The notes under the pieces are model-generated. The model ran no database searches. It had not been told where the DNA came from and saw nothing but the letters and a program-made list of their open reading frames with translations. DNA of 64,000 nt from Octopus sinensis (lineage: Eukaryota). Below, piece by piece: positions 1-14,020 of the stretch. The stretch's first letter is position 1, and each line of letters opens with the position of its first letter. Where the stretch lies: positions 29,078,001 to 29,142,000 of the forward strand of contig NC_042999.1 of the NCBI RefSeq assembly GCF_006345805.1. The letters run 5' to 3'. A program made the position numbers and the translations under genes.

Positions 1-50
1 ATCCTACGACCGCGAGTCCACTGCCCTAACCACTGGGCCATTGCGCCTCC
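1..50 (-). mobile_element. 5' head of a tRNA-derived SINE, cut by the window edge
   Basis: The reverse complement reads GGAGGCGCAATGGCCCAGTGGTTAGGGCAGTGGACTCGCGGTCGTAGGAT, which contains a Pol III A-box (TGGCCCAGTGG) in a tRNA-like 5' arm. Confidence 0.6.
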
Positions 51-2521
51 TTCTGAAATATATATATATGCAATCAATACATGCAGCATGCAATAAATGT
101 TTAACATATATTAACGGAAACAAATGCCATTTCTAATTTTAGTGCCTTCTATTGTTCGTGTTTATGAGAAAAGTTATTTGTTCTGGAGAAGAGTCCTTGA
201 TCTAAGATAACATACAAAGATAGCCTTCATATCTTCGAAGCTTTAAAATATGCCCTTTTCAAGAACATCATGGATAAGCAAAAATACCTTCAATACATAT
301 GTACATTTTAAAAATGAACTGCGTTATAATTATATATTGAAGCGAACTGCAGAGCAAAGAGCATCCATATGTGTGTATGAAAATTATATTTAACATTTTA
401 AAGAATTTCGTACTAGTCTTAGGCTGGTCTTATTAGCTGCTCTGTGGCACGGGAAAGAAAGCAAGTTAGCAATAGGCATATGAAAGGATATGTGAGTCTT
501 CATTTTGGCAAACATTATCTTGATGTTTCGATGAGAAAGAATTTCTGACACAAGGCCAAATACCACGATTTACTAATGCTGTTAACAGGAAATAGACATT
601 TATAGAATAAAGTAAAAACTGCGTATCATCAAACGAGCTAGCGTATCAGATACGATGTGCACATGTAAATAAACAATGACATGAAAATAAGCAACTTTTT
701 GTGACTTGTATCATTTTGTTTGAACATTTCATTATTTGATTAACATAAAATACTGTGGTGTGATGAATATTTAAGGTTTATCGCTGAGCAGTTTGAACTA
801 TCATCTGAGGCATAGCTTTCTTGATTACATTTCCTATTCTTTTCCTCATGCTCAAAAACTTATTTTATTTCCAATTCACTCGCAACAACGATCTTCAACT
901 GATACAAATAAACTAACTTATGGACTACTGTGATCATGGCAAAAATTAACTCGCTAGTCTGACATAAAAGCACCTATACTATACACATTATATTATTGAA
1001 GCGCGACATATGAGCTTTCGTTTAAATATTTTGTAAATCGCATGAAGAGAAAAAATATATTTTGCCGTGTAACTGTAATTAATAATTCTAAATATATACG
1101 CAAAATACGTCTGCTAGCTATCTTTGTCGTTTGGATTACAGCAAAACTTAAATTATATTAGAAAATTCCTACTAACCTTATGATATACAATTGCCCTATT
1201 ACGCTGATTTAGTTTCACTGTCTAACAGATCTAGGATCTCATAAATATTCATTATATATCTGCACGACCTTTGAATCTTCTTTCTATCAGTCTATTTATT
1301 ACTACTAACCCCAAACGCAAATCTGCAACTGACAGAGCAGCATATTAAATCGCATTATTTAAATCTCATACTTGTCTCTCGGTAATGTCACTTACTCTTG
1401 GATGCTGACCTCTCACATCCATCAAAGTTTACATTCAACATATTTAGAAAGCGTCTGTGAAATCGATATTCTTTCGATATCACACAACATAGACTTTCTT
1501 TGCATGTACGTACACAGGCAGGCAAAAACGTATACGTGTATGTATGTATGTATTTTATGAATGTATGTATGCATGTATGTATATATGTATGTAAGGGTGT
1601 ATTAATGTCTTAGAGATTTGTTTTCCGCTGTAGAATTCCAGCTGGTAGCTAACAGGCCACAAAGCCCTTTGATTTAACTCATTCGTAGTTATCTGAATTG
1701 TTTAGTTTATAGATGTATGTATTGCATGTGTAGATAAATTTACATTCATGTATTGCATATGCATATCAATTTAGAATTTAATTGCGTATGCTCAATAACT
1801 AAGGTGCCTATGTTTAAACCAGAATACTTAAACGGAAAGTTGTGCCAATTTTCAATGTAATTCTAATTTATTCCATTTGAAAGAGATAGTAATCACCTCT
1901 GATGCTCTTCCTATGAAAATTTTACCATTTCTCGGATCTTAATGAAAGCTCGTTGTATAGCCTGCACCACTTATCAGAATATGCGCTAATGAAAATCTAT
2001 ATCTACTCATTACTTCAACATAGTCATTTTCCTTTTTACTAATTTTTGATGAGTGTCTCACAATATCCTCGCAGCATATCTCCTTAAGAATGCATGGTTG
2101 ATTCCCTTTTGTGTTATACAGCAATTAATATTGTATTTATAATGCGTCTGTGTCTGTTTGCTGTTTTATTGAAATGTTAGAAGGTACTTATTTAAAAATC
2201 TGTGGGTATTTTCGGGCTCCGGTATTTGATTGATTTACTTATAATATATTTCTTACGGAGTGTATTGCAAATTGTTTTGGTGAAAATATCATACCACGTG
2301 ACAGGGATGACCTTAGACATATTTTAGGATAGATGATGATATCATCGGTGTTACAATCCTCGATCAACACAAAGGAAATTAGCAGCAAAATAGTGAAAAT
2401 TTAGAGGTGTCCTAATATTTCTGGTTTGTCATATATTTAGCAGCTTTCTCTTCATTTTGTATAAGATAAGATTTATATATCACTAGCCAAGAAGAGACTA
2501 TTATTTCTGCTATACGAATGA

Positions 2522-2570
<49 letters not shown>

Positions 2571-2590
2571 CTCTCTCTCTCTCTCGCTCT

Positions 2591-2996
2591 CTTACTCCTT
2601 TACTTGTTTTAGTCCTTTGAATGTGGTCATGCTGGAGCACCGCCTTTAGTCGAGCAAATCGACCCCAGGACTTATTCTTTGTAAGCCTAGTACTTATTCC
2701 ATCGGGCTCTTTTGCCGAACCGCTAGCTTACGGCGACGTAAACACACCAGCATCGGTTCTCAAGCGATGTTGGCGGGACAAACACAGACAAACAAACATA
2801 TACACACACACATATATATATATACATATACACGACGGGCTTCTTTCAGGTTCCGTCTACCAAATCCTCTCACAAGGCTTTAGTCGACCCGATGCTATAG
2901 TAGAAGACACTTGCCCAAGGTGCCATGCATTGGGACTGAACCCGGAAACATGTGGTTGGTAAACAAGCTAATTACCACACAGCCACTCCTACACCT
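2591..2996 (-). mobile_element. tRNA-derived SINE, family 1 (full length)
   Basis: The minus strand has the head GGAGTGGCTGTGTGGTAA...GGGTTCAGTCCC (A/B boxes), a central block GCCTTGTGAG..GATTTGGTAGACGGAA.CTGAAAGAAGCCCGTCG, an internal TA/CA tract and the tail GGCGGTGCTCCAGCATG. It is colinear with the copies at 7135, 10158 and 18052. Confidence 0.85.
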
Positions 2997-3962
2997 ATGA
3001 TATCACATTTTGTGAGATATTTACCATACATAACATACTGCTCAGCTGATGATAAACTCCCCTGCAAATTTCCAACTGCCTTCGGGCTATTACTGTTTAT
3101 AATATCTCTGTTAGGTATCCTCATTGTTACTCAGGAGCTGTTACACGCTAAGGCGATGACACAAACTCATAAAATGCAATAAAGAAGCTTGAAGAAGTCA
3201 CGAAATGGATACATATATATATTTGTGTGTGTGTGTCTTTGTGTGTGCGTGCGTACGTGTGTGTGTGTGTATGTGTGTGTGTCTATGTGTGCATACATAT
3301 ATGCTTATATACATACACAGGCTGATCTAAATGCAACTTAGAAGCAGGCTAAACAAAACGATATGCAGTATGATAGTGGGAAATAGCAAGCAAAGTTCTT
3401 AATGCACCACACCTGCGTAATCAGGGCCCGAATGCACTGCATTCCCAAAATCACAGACAGGAAGATTTAGGAATCATTATGTATAATGATGCATCATTTC
3501 ATGTGCATATTGCCAGGATAGATATTAAGGTTCTTCAAGACAAGTTTAAGATAAGGAATTTGTAAATAGGCTTTGCTTTATCGGGACTCGTCTTGCAACG
3601 CATGTCGCACTTACTATAATATTATTTGATTTAAGCTCTATAATTAAACTTTTAGACGTGTTTACTTTTTATTCCGAAATGGCGTGTGAAAATATTGATT
3701 AGGTTAGAATTGTTACTATATGTGATCTAGATGTCAGTTGTGATAGTGTTCATAATCAGACAGAGCATAGCTGCCAGCGTAGGGGACAGACACATCTTTG
3801 CGTATCTTCATTTCTCACTTGAAACTGATGCTTTGGGGTGACAACCACCTAATATAAACTTAAGGTGACAATGAATATAAGAAGTGATTAGTATTTTCCA
3901 ACGAGATCCGAAAACCAAATGCATTAATGAGCTTAAAAAATTCATACTCCTCACGAATGCAT

Positions 3963-4010
<48 letters not shown>

Positions 4011-4030
4011 ACACACACTCACACACACAT
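3963..4030. repeat. (CA)n microsatellite
   Basis: Near-perfect CA run. Confidence 0.95.
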
Positions 4031-4734
4031 GGTTACACACACATAATAACAAATGCATGATGTATAATGTCTTTGTATGTTTGTATGAATGTGCTTATGT
4101 GCTTGTGCGTGCCTGCGTGCGTGCATGTGAATGTGTGAAGGGGCGAGTTGTGTTTTTTCGGGCGTCTTCTAATATCTCCTGCATTGAAACTTAGTTATCT
4201 AATAAAGTGTTGCATTGTTTGTTGGATCATATTCTGCTAGTTATTTACGTAGAGAGAATGGTTGTGAAATCTCTGCGTAAGGTTCTATCTACTATTCAGT
4301 GATCCAACCATGCAAATGTTTCTCTACAGACAAATTCTCATCAAGAGTTTACAAGTTTTAAAAATACTGAAATAAATGTCTCGTGTTTCAGGTGAACTAA
4401 CTGTAGGAAATTTGAAGTCGATCAAGTTATACTATATATTTTATGATACATATCGCTGCCAAGTTTCTCTTACCATAATTTCTAGTAGGTCAACACAATA
4501 TAAGTGGAATAAAGTGCATGGAATTCAGAGTAATTTCTTTGGATTTTATCGCTAAATAAGCTACTCAGCCTTTAAAATATGACATAAAGTTTACGTCCAA
4601 ATAATAAGTCTAAAACATAAGTGAAACGCATAGGAATCTTTGGAATGTACTAATACTTATCATGTATAGCTGTTCATCAAACAAGAAAAAAGCTCATAAT
4701 CGATGTCCAGGAAACACACATACACAATATATTC

Positions 4735-4772
4735 TTATATATATATAAGTATATATATATATATAAATATAA

Positions 4773-4848
<76 letters not shown>

Positions 4849-4900
4849 ATATATAATATATATAATATATATATATCTATACATATATATATATATATAT
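4735..4900. repeat. (TA)n microsatellite, representative of more than 25 similar tracts in the window
   Basis: Long TA run. Similar tracts lie at about 7020-7134, 10990-11110, 14480-14645, 26830-26940, 32580-33160, 33615-33730, 53560-53670 and 55155-55240. Confidence 0.95.
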
Positions 4901-5108
4901 TATGTGAAATAGAAAGATGAATAATCTTGTAGTAGATTAATCAACAGTTTAACCGATACCTTAGTAGCAAAAATCACAGCAGTAAACAGCACGGTTGGAG
5001 GTACAACCATCTGGCGTTGCAACCGTGCGTTGGTGCGGATATTGAAATTAAACATTATTGGTGAATTGAAGAAATGGAGCTGAATGCAGATTGAACAAAT
5101 CGTTTTAT

Positions 5109-5194
5109 TTCATTCTACACGTGTTTCGAAAGGCACAAATTACCAAAATCCGATTGAATAATGGGACCATATTGTGTCTTTCTCTTCGGAAGAA
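5109..5194 (-). ncRNA. Mirror copy of the 6171 hammerhead with a 1-nt core deletion
   Basis: It lies in the left arm of the palindrome and reads TTCTTC-CGAAGA (U4 missing), otherwise the same scaffold. The deletion could be a mutation or a consensus error. Confidence 0.5.
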
Positions 5195-6170
5195 AAAAGG
5201 AAATCCGTTGGAAAAACAAAAACAGAACAGAGGCGGAGCAAAAAACAAATCGAACTGTGCTCCTAAGAGCCCATGGCGAAACTGTTTATCATGTATGTTG
5301 AGAACGGTGGCTGAAGAATTCAACGGGTCAGGCATCGGTCAATCATGTGGGTGAGGGTGTATAGATGTTCTTTGTGACCGAGAATAAAGTTCTGACTATT
5401 TAAAGAATATTGGATGTTTTATAAGTGGCGAGAAAAAATCTACTTAGAGACGTGTGTGTGTGTATACTGTTCTATATATGTGTGTGTTGGCGTAGGTAGA
5501 AAAACATTTTTTGTGTACGTGTGTGCGTTTGATCGTTCGGCTGTCAGTGGCTACTGCCGTGATACCGTTGGGTGGCAGAAAGAAAAAAAAAAAAAATTAT
5601 ATATATATATTATGTTTTGTGTGTGTGTGTTCATCTAAGCCTACCTTGTCAAGGAAAACCCCCCCTGTGAAACAACCAAGCCCCATATTGGTTTTTTCAC
5701 AGCGGGGGTTTTCCTTGACAAGGTAGGCTTAGATGAACACACACACATAAAACATAATATATATATAATTTTTTTATTTTTCTTTCTGCCACCCAACGGT
5801 TTCACGGCAGTAGCCACTGACAGCCGAACGATCAAACGCACACACGTACACCAAAAATGTTTTCTACCCCTACGCCAACACACACATATATAGAACAGTA
5901 TACACACACACACGTCCTAAGTAGATTTTTTCTCGCCACTTATAAAACATCCAATATTCTTTAATAGTCAGAACTTTATTCTCGGTCACAAAGAACATCT
6001 ATACACCCTCACCCACATGATTGACCGATGCCTGACCCGTTGAATTCTTCAGCCACCGGTTCTCAACATACACTGATAAACAGTTGCCATGGGCTCTTAG
6101 GAGCACAGTTCGATTTTTTTTTTGCTCCGCCTCTGTTCTGTTTTTTTGTTTTTCCAACGGATTTCCTTTT

Positions 6171-6256
6171 TTCTTCCTGAAGAGAAAGACACAATATGGT
6201 CCATTATTCAATCGGATTTTGGTAATTTGTGCCTTTCGAAACACGTGTAGAATGAA
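6171..6256 (+). ncRNA. Type I hammerhead ribozyme motif, PLE-type with palindromic stem III
   Basis: TTCTTC-CTGAAGA(6177-6183)-GAAAG.ACACAA...TTGTGC.CTTTC-GAA-ACACGTGT(6241-6248)-A-GAA(T)GAA. The core is canonical, stem II opens with 5 bp, stem III is self-complementary and the triplet is GUA. Confidence 0.75.
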
Positions 6257-7048
6257 ATAAAACGATTCTGTTCAATCTGCGTTCAGCTCAATCTTCAATT
6301 CACCAATAATGTTATATATATATATTATATATATATTATATATATATACATATATGTACATATATTTATATCCATGTAGATATATGTATATTGGCTGGCT
6401 TTCCTTGATTTTAACTCTACGTGTTTTCTGTAGCGAGTAAATAATAGCCCTTATTTATAAGTTGTTTATATATATACAGGTACATATATATATATATTAA
6501 TAATATATATATATTATATATATATATATATATATAATATATTATAATATATATATATATAATATCCCAACTTTCCGTATTCATTACACCTACAATATGT
6601 GTGTAAATCTAAGACGGGGATACGTTGAATAAAATCATATTAATATGATTCTCCTGTATTTCATTTTACCAGAAGTCAACGAACATTTCTGAACCCTCTC
6701 GTACATACATACATACATACATACATATACATACATGTATACATATATGCTTGCATAAATGCATATATACATACATACAGACAAGCAGACACAAATGCAT
6801 ACCGACTTGCATACATACGTGGCCGTATGCATACAGATCTACACATAAAACAGCAAACATTGCGGTTCATTTCCTACCTACTAACATAGATATAAGTATT
6901 TCTGGGTATTAAGAAGTTTATTTCCGAAGCACATGGATTCGTGTTCAATTCTGAAAGCCTTTCGCGTGGATGAATTCGGTTCACGGAAACACGAGGTAGC
7001 TTATTGTATGTTTTGTATATTATATATATATTATATATATATAATATA

Positions 7049-7134
<86 letters not shown>

Positions 7135-7136
<2 letters not shown>

Positions 7137-7536
7137 CGCAGGAGTGGCTGTGTGGTAAGTAGCTTGCTAACCAACCACATGGTTCCGGGTTTAGTCCCAC
7201 TGCATGGCATCTTGGGCAAGTGTCTTAGCCCAGGGCCGACCAATGCCTTGTGAGTGGATTTGGTAGACAGAAACTGAAAGAAGCCTGTCGTATATATATA
7301 TATAGATATATATATGTGTTTGTGTGTATATGTGTTTGTGTGTCTGTGTTTGTTCCCCTAGCATTGCTTGACAATCGATGCTGGTGTGTTTACGTCCCCG
7401 TCACTTAGCGGTTCGGCAAAAGAAACCGATAGAATAAATACTGGGTTTAGAAAGAACAAGTCCCAGGGTCGATTTGCTCGACTAAAGGCGGTGCTCCAGC
7501 ATGGCCGCAGTCAAATGACTGAAAGAAATAAAAAGA
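7135..7536 (+). mobile_element. tRNA-derived SINE, family 1
   Basis: Head GGCGCAGGAGTGGCTGTGTGGTAAG...GGTTTAGTCCC, the same central block as the 2591 copy, and tail GGCGGTGCTCCAGCATGGCCGCAGTCAAATGACTGAAA. Confidence 0.9.
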
Positions 7537-7539
7537 TAG

Positions 7540-7575
<36 letters not shown>

Positions 7576-7638
7576 GCTATAAAATATAAAATATATATGT
7601 ATATATATATGAGTGTGTGTATTTTTAATTGTATGTAC

Positions 7639-7669
<31 letters not shown>

Positions 7670-7811
7670 ATGAATCCACTCACCTCACGCACGCACACAC
7701 ATATGTATATATAAAGCCTTAAAATATGCATATGTATGCGAACATATGTATATCATTGCACGTGAATATTTACGTTTGGATGAATAAACGCATACATACA
7801 TACATACATAT

Positions 7812-7892
<81 letters not shown>

Positions 7893-8354
7893 CAATCTGA
7901 AATTCAGAGCTACTAAATAATATTAGTGTTTTCTTTTTAATAATTTATATTTCGGTTTTAAATTCTCTTTTATTGCTTATGCCTCGAAACTATTCTTCGT
8001 AGAAGATAAACTATTTTATATGTATAATGAAAGTTTGTGGAGTGAATATGAAAATAAATAGAATAATTGAATTAGATGACTGAAGTACAATAGTGAAGTT
8101 AACGATGGTGAGAATGGTGGTTTTGATGGAGATGGCGTTATTTATATTACCCACACAGACGAATAATACGATAAAAGAGTGTAAAATATAACACAAACAA
8201 CTAGAATAAAAACGTAATAAGAATGTACCATAACGAATGCAACAGAAATGATAAAATATAAATATATATGCGTCTTGCTTCTAGAAGATTTTCCTCAATT
8301 ATTATTATAAAAATTGATAATATCAATAGTAATAGAAATAATACAATACTTAGC

Positions 8355-8356
<2 letters not shown>

Positions 8357-8420
<64 letters not shown>
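8357..8420. repeat. (AAT)n microsatellite
   Basis: Perfect AAT run. Confidence 0.95.
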
Positions 8421-8423
<3 letters not shown>

Positions 8424-9667
8424 ATTAATAATCATTATTACTTTCCATTGACATTATGTGATAACAAAATTCCCTGGAGATTGACAAAGTGTCCTGACTT
8501 AGCTTCAGTGGTTTAATCTCCTAAAAAGTTCTTAATTGAAAGTATTTTTCAGTTTTAGAAACAGAGATAACGATAGATATATTAAATAGGATACATCATA
8601 TTAAATGCACATAAACGTAAATCCCTTGGGTGAAAAATAAAGTTTCAAAAACTAATAGAACTCCATTTATATATTTTATGAAACCATTATTACGAGAGGA
8701 TTTTACTAAAGAAAGCATAATGGATTCACCAAAATCTCTTCTTTACTTTAGGAACATCAAATATTTATCAGATGTCCGTATTGATTAATGGCCACATTCA
8801 TTAAATATTCATTATCAGATCTACTCAATATGATTTCAATACTCCACTTTCTCGTAAAGTTTTATAATTCATATTTCATCTATTTGAATGTGTAGGCATT
8901 TACATTTTGTCTCCCATATGAGTGCATATGGACTACTATTATTAATCAACTCGACGCGAGATAATACTATTCAAACATTTGTTTCAATATTCTCGTAACA
9001 CTAACTTATATTACTAGCTTTTACTGGCATAATATGAAAACAACCATCATCATAATTTGTTTTACACTCTGGTACGAACTGGAATATAATTTCTTCGTAC
9101 GGATCGCACATTAGTTTTCGCTTTGAAGTGCATATTCATAATATTTTCGTTTGTTTTAATCGTCTCAAACTTCTGAAATAAACACATTTCTTTGCCAGGT
9201 GCTTTATATCAATAAGTATATATATTTAAATAATCAAGCACTCATTCAACTTTCTTTCACATTCTGCATCACTTACTCTTCCTTGGTTTTCTATTTTTGC
9301 TAATCACTAACCGCAAACATATCTATATCCCCCGCTTTCTCCTCTAGTTCTCCTATCGATATATAATTATATCTATATGTACCTATCTATTTATGCACAT
9401 GTTTGTTCATATTTCCCATACATGTAAATATGACTATAGGTGTAAATATTAGTATATATCTTTTTTTAAACTTTTAATACTTTTGATTTATATTTAAATA
9501 ATATAAATTAAATTAATTTACGTATTGGCTTATGTTTTTCATTGTTTGATTTGCCTAATAGTGGTTTTATCTCTAATTTAATATATTATAATATAATATA
9601 TTTATACTATAAACTTGGATTTAATCCTAAATCTGATTTTTCCCTGTAAGTTTGGATTTATTCCCTA

Positions 9668-9712
<45 letters not shown>

Positions 9713-10157
9713 ATATATATATATATATATAATATATAAATGTATATACATACACACATGCACACACGTACACAAATATATATATATACATAAGCAGAAA
9801 ATCTGAGCATATGTAATCTCACCGCCAACATGTACACAAACAGACAGAAAAAATTGTGTAGAACTATATCTTTCAAACAAGGAATATTGTCCTATCTTTG
9901 AACATTACATAATTGATTGAGAAATCTTCTAATCAATGCTGTTTTATTAATTGTCCAGCAGCCGTGTGTTGTTATGTTTGATAACACCAAAACCACTGTA
10001 ATGAAATTCGTTGAATATACTCACAACTGATCACACACTTTCTCATTTCTTTATATGCATACATACATACGTACATACACACACACACGCACACACACAC
10101 ACACACATATATATATATGTGTGTGTATGCATTTATGTATATATATATATATATATA

Positions 10158-10391
10158 TTCTTTTATTCTTTTACTTGTTTCAGTCATTTGAGTGCGGCCA
10201 TGCTGGAGCACCGCCTTTAGTCGATCAAATCGACCCCGGGACTTATTCTTTGTAAGCTCAGTACGTATTATATCGATCTCTTTTTGCCGAACCGCTAAGT
10301 GACGGGGAAGTAAACACACCTGCATCAGTTGTCAAGCAAATGCTAGGGGGACAAACACAGACACACAAACAACACACACACACACCACACA

Positions 10392-10472
<81 letters not shown>

Positions 10473-10644
10473 CATATATACGACAGCCTTCTTTCAGTTC
10501 CGTCTACCAAATCCACTCACAAGGCATTGGTCGTCGGCCTGGGCTATAGCAGAATACACTTGCCCAAGATGCTGCGCAGTGGGACTGAACCCGGAACCAT
10601 GTGGTTGCTTAGCAAGCTACTTACCACACAGCCACTCCTGCGCC
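10158..10644 (-). mobile_element. tRNA-derived SINE, family 1
   Basis: Reverse-complement copy colinear with 7135-7536, with head GGCGCAGGAGTGGCTGTGTGG and B-box GGTTCAGTCCC. Confidence 0.9.
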
Positions 10645-10993
10645 TATACATATATGTATGCATATGTGTGTGTGTGTATATGTGCGTGTATGTATGCAAT
10701 TTGGAAAGTATTTTTCCATGTAATTTTTGAAGGTTTGTAGAAACTACGTATTGTTGCAAATATTTTGTGCGTGCAATTGATATAAGATATTGCATCACAA
10801 TATCAAACATATACAATCTACATATAAATCTAAACACTATAAAGACAAAATTTGAAAGTAAAGCAAGTTTCACAGGCAGCGGATGAGGCTTGAAATTTCT
10901 AAAGGAAACATTAAATTTTCATTTTTATTTCTTTGTAAATCTCATCGATACATGCAGCGGTATGTACTTACATACACATGTATTTATATATAT

Positions 10994-11038
<45 letters not shown>

Positions 11039-11042
11039 TATA

Positions 11043-11110
<68 letters not shown>

Positions 11111-11113
<3 letters not shown>

Positions 11114-14020
11114 CTTAGAATAACTTAGAAAGGTTTTGGCCAGTATTGGCCAGGCCATGTCTAACTTAATAGCACCACCTGGCGAAGTCTTTCAGTTCAG
11201 GATTGGGCACCAAGGCCCATTCGAGCAGAGAGTTATTGTTTGCGGAGACATATCCGGGTGTGGGTGGTTTGTCCGGTACTTTTGAAGGAATTTGTCCAAA
11301 GATTCTTGAATTTGTGTGTGGTCAGTTCTTTTTTGACGTGTCCTGGTGTAATGTTGAAGAGAGCGGGTCCAATTGAGGTGAAATAGTTGTGCCGTATTGT
11401 CGTTATGTGATGCGATTTAGATTTTGTTGTGGACGGATGGCACGTGGTCCAAGCCTTGGATGCATTTTGAAGGTGATGCCAACATCATTCGGGACAGTGC
11501 TGATGGAATATTTTCCACATCATAAGATAATGTAGCGTTCACGGCGTCGTTGGAGTGAATACATTTCAGCTTCTCTAGTCTACCCCAGTAGTCAAGGTCT
11601 AACATGCCATCTATCTTTTTGTGATTGACCTTTGGGGAGCTTCAATTCTCATAATATTTTGTTTTGTGTAGGGAGACCACAGGGACAGCAGTATTCAAGG
11701 TGGGGTCGGGCAAAAGTGGAGAAGAGAAGGATAATAGCGTGGGAATCTCTCGACTGGAAGGTTCTGAGAATCCAGGAACACATTCTGCGGGCCATGTCAA
11801 CTTTGCTGCTTATATGTGTAGCCCAGAGTTATGTTGTTGTCCCTGTTACTCCCAGGTCTCTGATGTTGTTGGATGCCATGAGAATTTCTCCAGAAGGAAG
11901 AGAGTATGGGAGTTTCAGAGCGTCCTCCCTTCCAAAGTGGATCAGTTCGAATTTGTCTTCATTTAGCAACTGTTATTCTTTTCCGCCATTGGACAACAGC
12001 CAGTAGGTCTGACTGAAGGTTTATTCGGTCATCCACGCCATGATGACCTTCTGGAGCTTGGAATCATCAGCGAAGGTTCTGATGTGCTGTGTTTGATGGT
12101 TGTCAGTAATATCATTTATGTAGATGATGAAGAGAAGTGGGCCCAACACAGTGCCTTGTGGGACACCACTGCTGACTTGGGGGCTGGATTTGACTCCTTC
12201 GACTACAACATGTTGGGTTCTGTTAGAGAGGAAGCACTTGATCCATTGCAGCAGTTCCAGTGACACCAATATTGGACAGCTTTCTCAGAAGGATCTTATG
12301 ATCAACCCTGTCAAAGGCCTTGCTGAAATCAAGGTAGATGACATCAGTGTTGGAACCCTCTCCCAAGGCTCTCAAAATGTCATCAAAATGATGCAGTAGC
12401 TGCGTCAGGCAATCTCTCCCATTACGGAATCCATGCTGGTTGGGGTTCAGCATATTATGACTCTCAAGGAAGTGAGTCATACGCGATCTCATCACCCTCT
12501 CAAATACCTTGATGATATGAGAGGTGAGTGAGATTGGACGGTAATTCACGGCAAGCGATTTGTTTCCTTTTTTGAAAACTGGGACAACAGACTGGGATAG
12601 AAGGTCTTCTGGTATAATCCAGCATCCAATGAGTTCCGCCACAGATTGGCTAGGGGGGTGCAAGTTGGTTTTGACACATCTTCAAGACACAAGCAGGGAA
12701 CCTATCGGGAACCTACTGCTGAATTATGCTTCATTTCCTTTATTGCTGCTAAGACATCAGGAGCGCCAAATGTTATTCCGATAAGGGTATTGGGGAGTAA
12801 CATCACTGATACAGCCCAGATCAGTCATATCAGGATTGCTGAAAACAGAGCAATATTGTTTTCTGCAATATTTCTCCCCATGGTTTTGGCATTGTCTTGA
12901 AGAGTACCATTTTCATCAATCAGAGGGCCAACAGTAGAAGAACCAGTGACTCTGTGTTTTTTGCCAAATGAAAAGAACACTTTGGGATTGAGTTTGATCT
13001 TCTCAATGGCCCAGGCCTCTTCAGCTCTTCGCTGACTATTGATGATAGACATCATGTGTTGGTTTGGAGTTTATGTTTTAATCTCTAGCGACGACGAGAT
13101 GGCAGTCAGGTTGGTGTGTTGCTGTGACAGTATTTCAGATGTTGATCTTTTGTTGATCTTTTAATTTTCCTTATGAGAGATTTTCTATTTCTAGGGATTC
13201 GACACTTAGATTTGTTTGCAGATCTTAATGGGGTGTGTCTTGCACATATGTTCGTGATGGTGTCTACAAGTGACTGCCAGGACTTTTGATGTTAGGGGTG
13301 TGTATGTGTGCGTGAAGGACCAATCGACTTGTGCAAGATCATTATTGATCGCTTCCCAGTTTGCATTGTGGAAATCCATAGTTCAAATGGATGAGCAGGA
13401 GGGATGACATTTGTTTGCATTTTGGCCAGTGAAATCTCAGATCACAGAGAACCATGTCATGGTCGGAGAGTAGGGTTTTTCCACTGCAATATTGTGGATA
13501 GTATCAGTGTGATTGCTGAAATGAAGTCTAAGACGTTTTTGTGACTCTCGTTGGTTCGAGTACCAGTTGGGACAAGAAGAAGTCATCCATGAAGTCAAGA
13601 AGCGATTCCACTGCCTCCCTGTCAGGGGGTTGAGAGAGAAGAACCTGGCGGCAGACTGTTTGTAGACCAGTCAACCCGGGAAGGTTGTGAACTCTCCCAT
13701 CATTAAAATGTTGTCAGGTTGACACTGCTGAATGAAACACTTTATGCTGTTGAGGCATTCCTTGAAGCATGGTAGGGGCGTTTGGGGGTGTCTGTAGAGC
13801 CCAACTACTGTTAAGTTGTTGGTTTGACTGAATACAGCGATGCTTCGCAGTATCCATTCGAAATATGATCATGGCTTCTGTTGAGAATGAATGAATCATG
13901 GCATAAATGACAGTCCCACCCTTTCTTCTGCCAACACGATCAGCACCGAATGGTTTTGAAATTTTTAACTTTCACCTCGGCTTCCAAGTGGAGGTCACTA
14001 AGATGGGTTATAGGGGGTGA
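11111..14020 (-). mobile_element. 5'-truncated CR1-type LINE ORF2 (APE endonuclease + reverse transcriptase), frameshifted
   Basis: ORF pieces carry RT motifs: [69 protein letters not shown] and FADD. The linker reads EKIKLNPKVFFSF. An APE-like region near 13900-14000 reads RADRVGRRKGGTVIYA, and SDH lies near 13455. The 3' end has a tandem repeat (TTCTAAGTTA)x2 at 11111-11130. Confidence 0.9.

Larger units (their letters stand above)
5051..6313. repeat. About 1.26 kb near-perfect palindrome (arms about 630 bp, 8-nt loop) carrying PLE-type hammerheads
   Basis: 5051-5679 is the reverse complement of 5688-6313 (ends AACATTATTGGTGAATTGAAG / CTTCAATTCACCAATAATGTT). The loop is GCCCCATA at 5680-5687. 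The arms differ by scattered 1-2 nt indels and a few substitutions. Confidence 0.95.
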
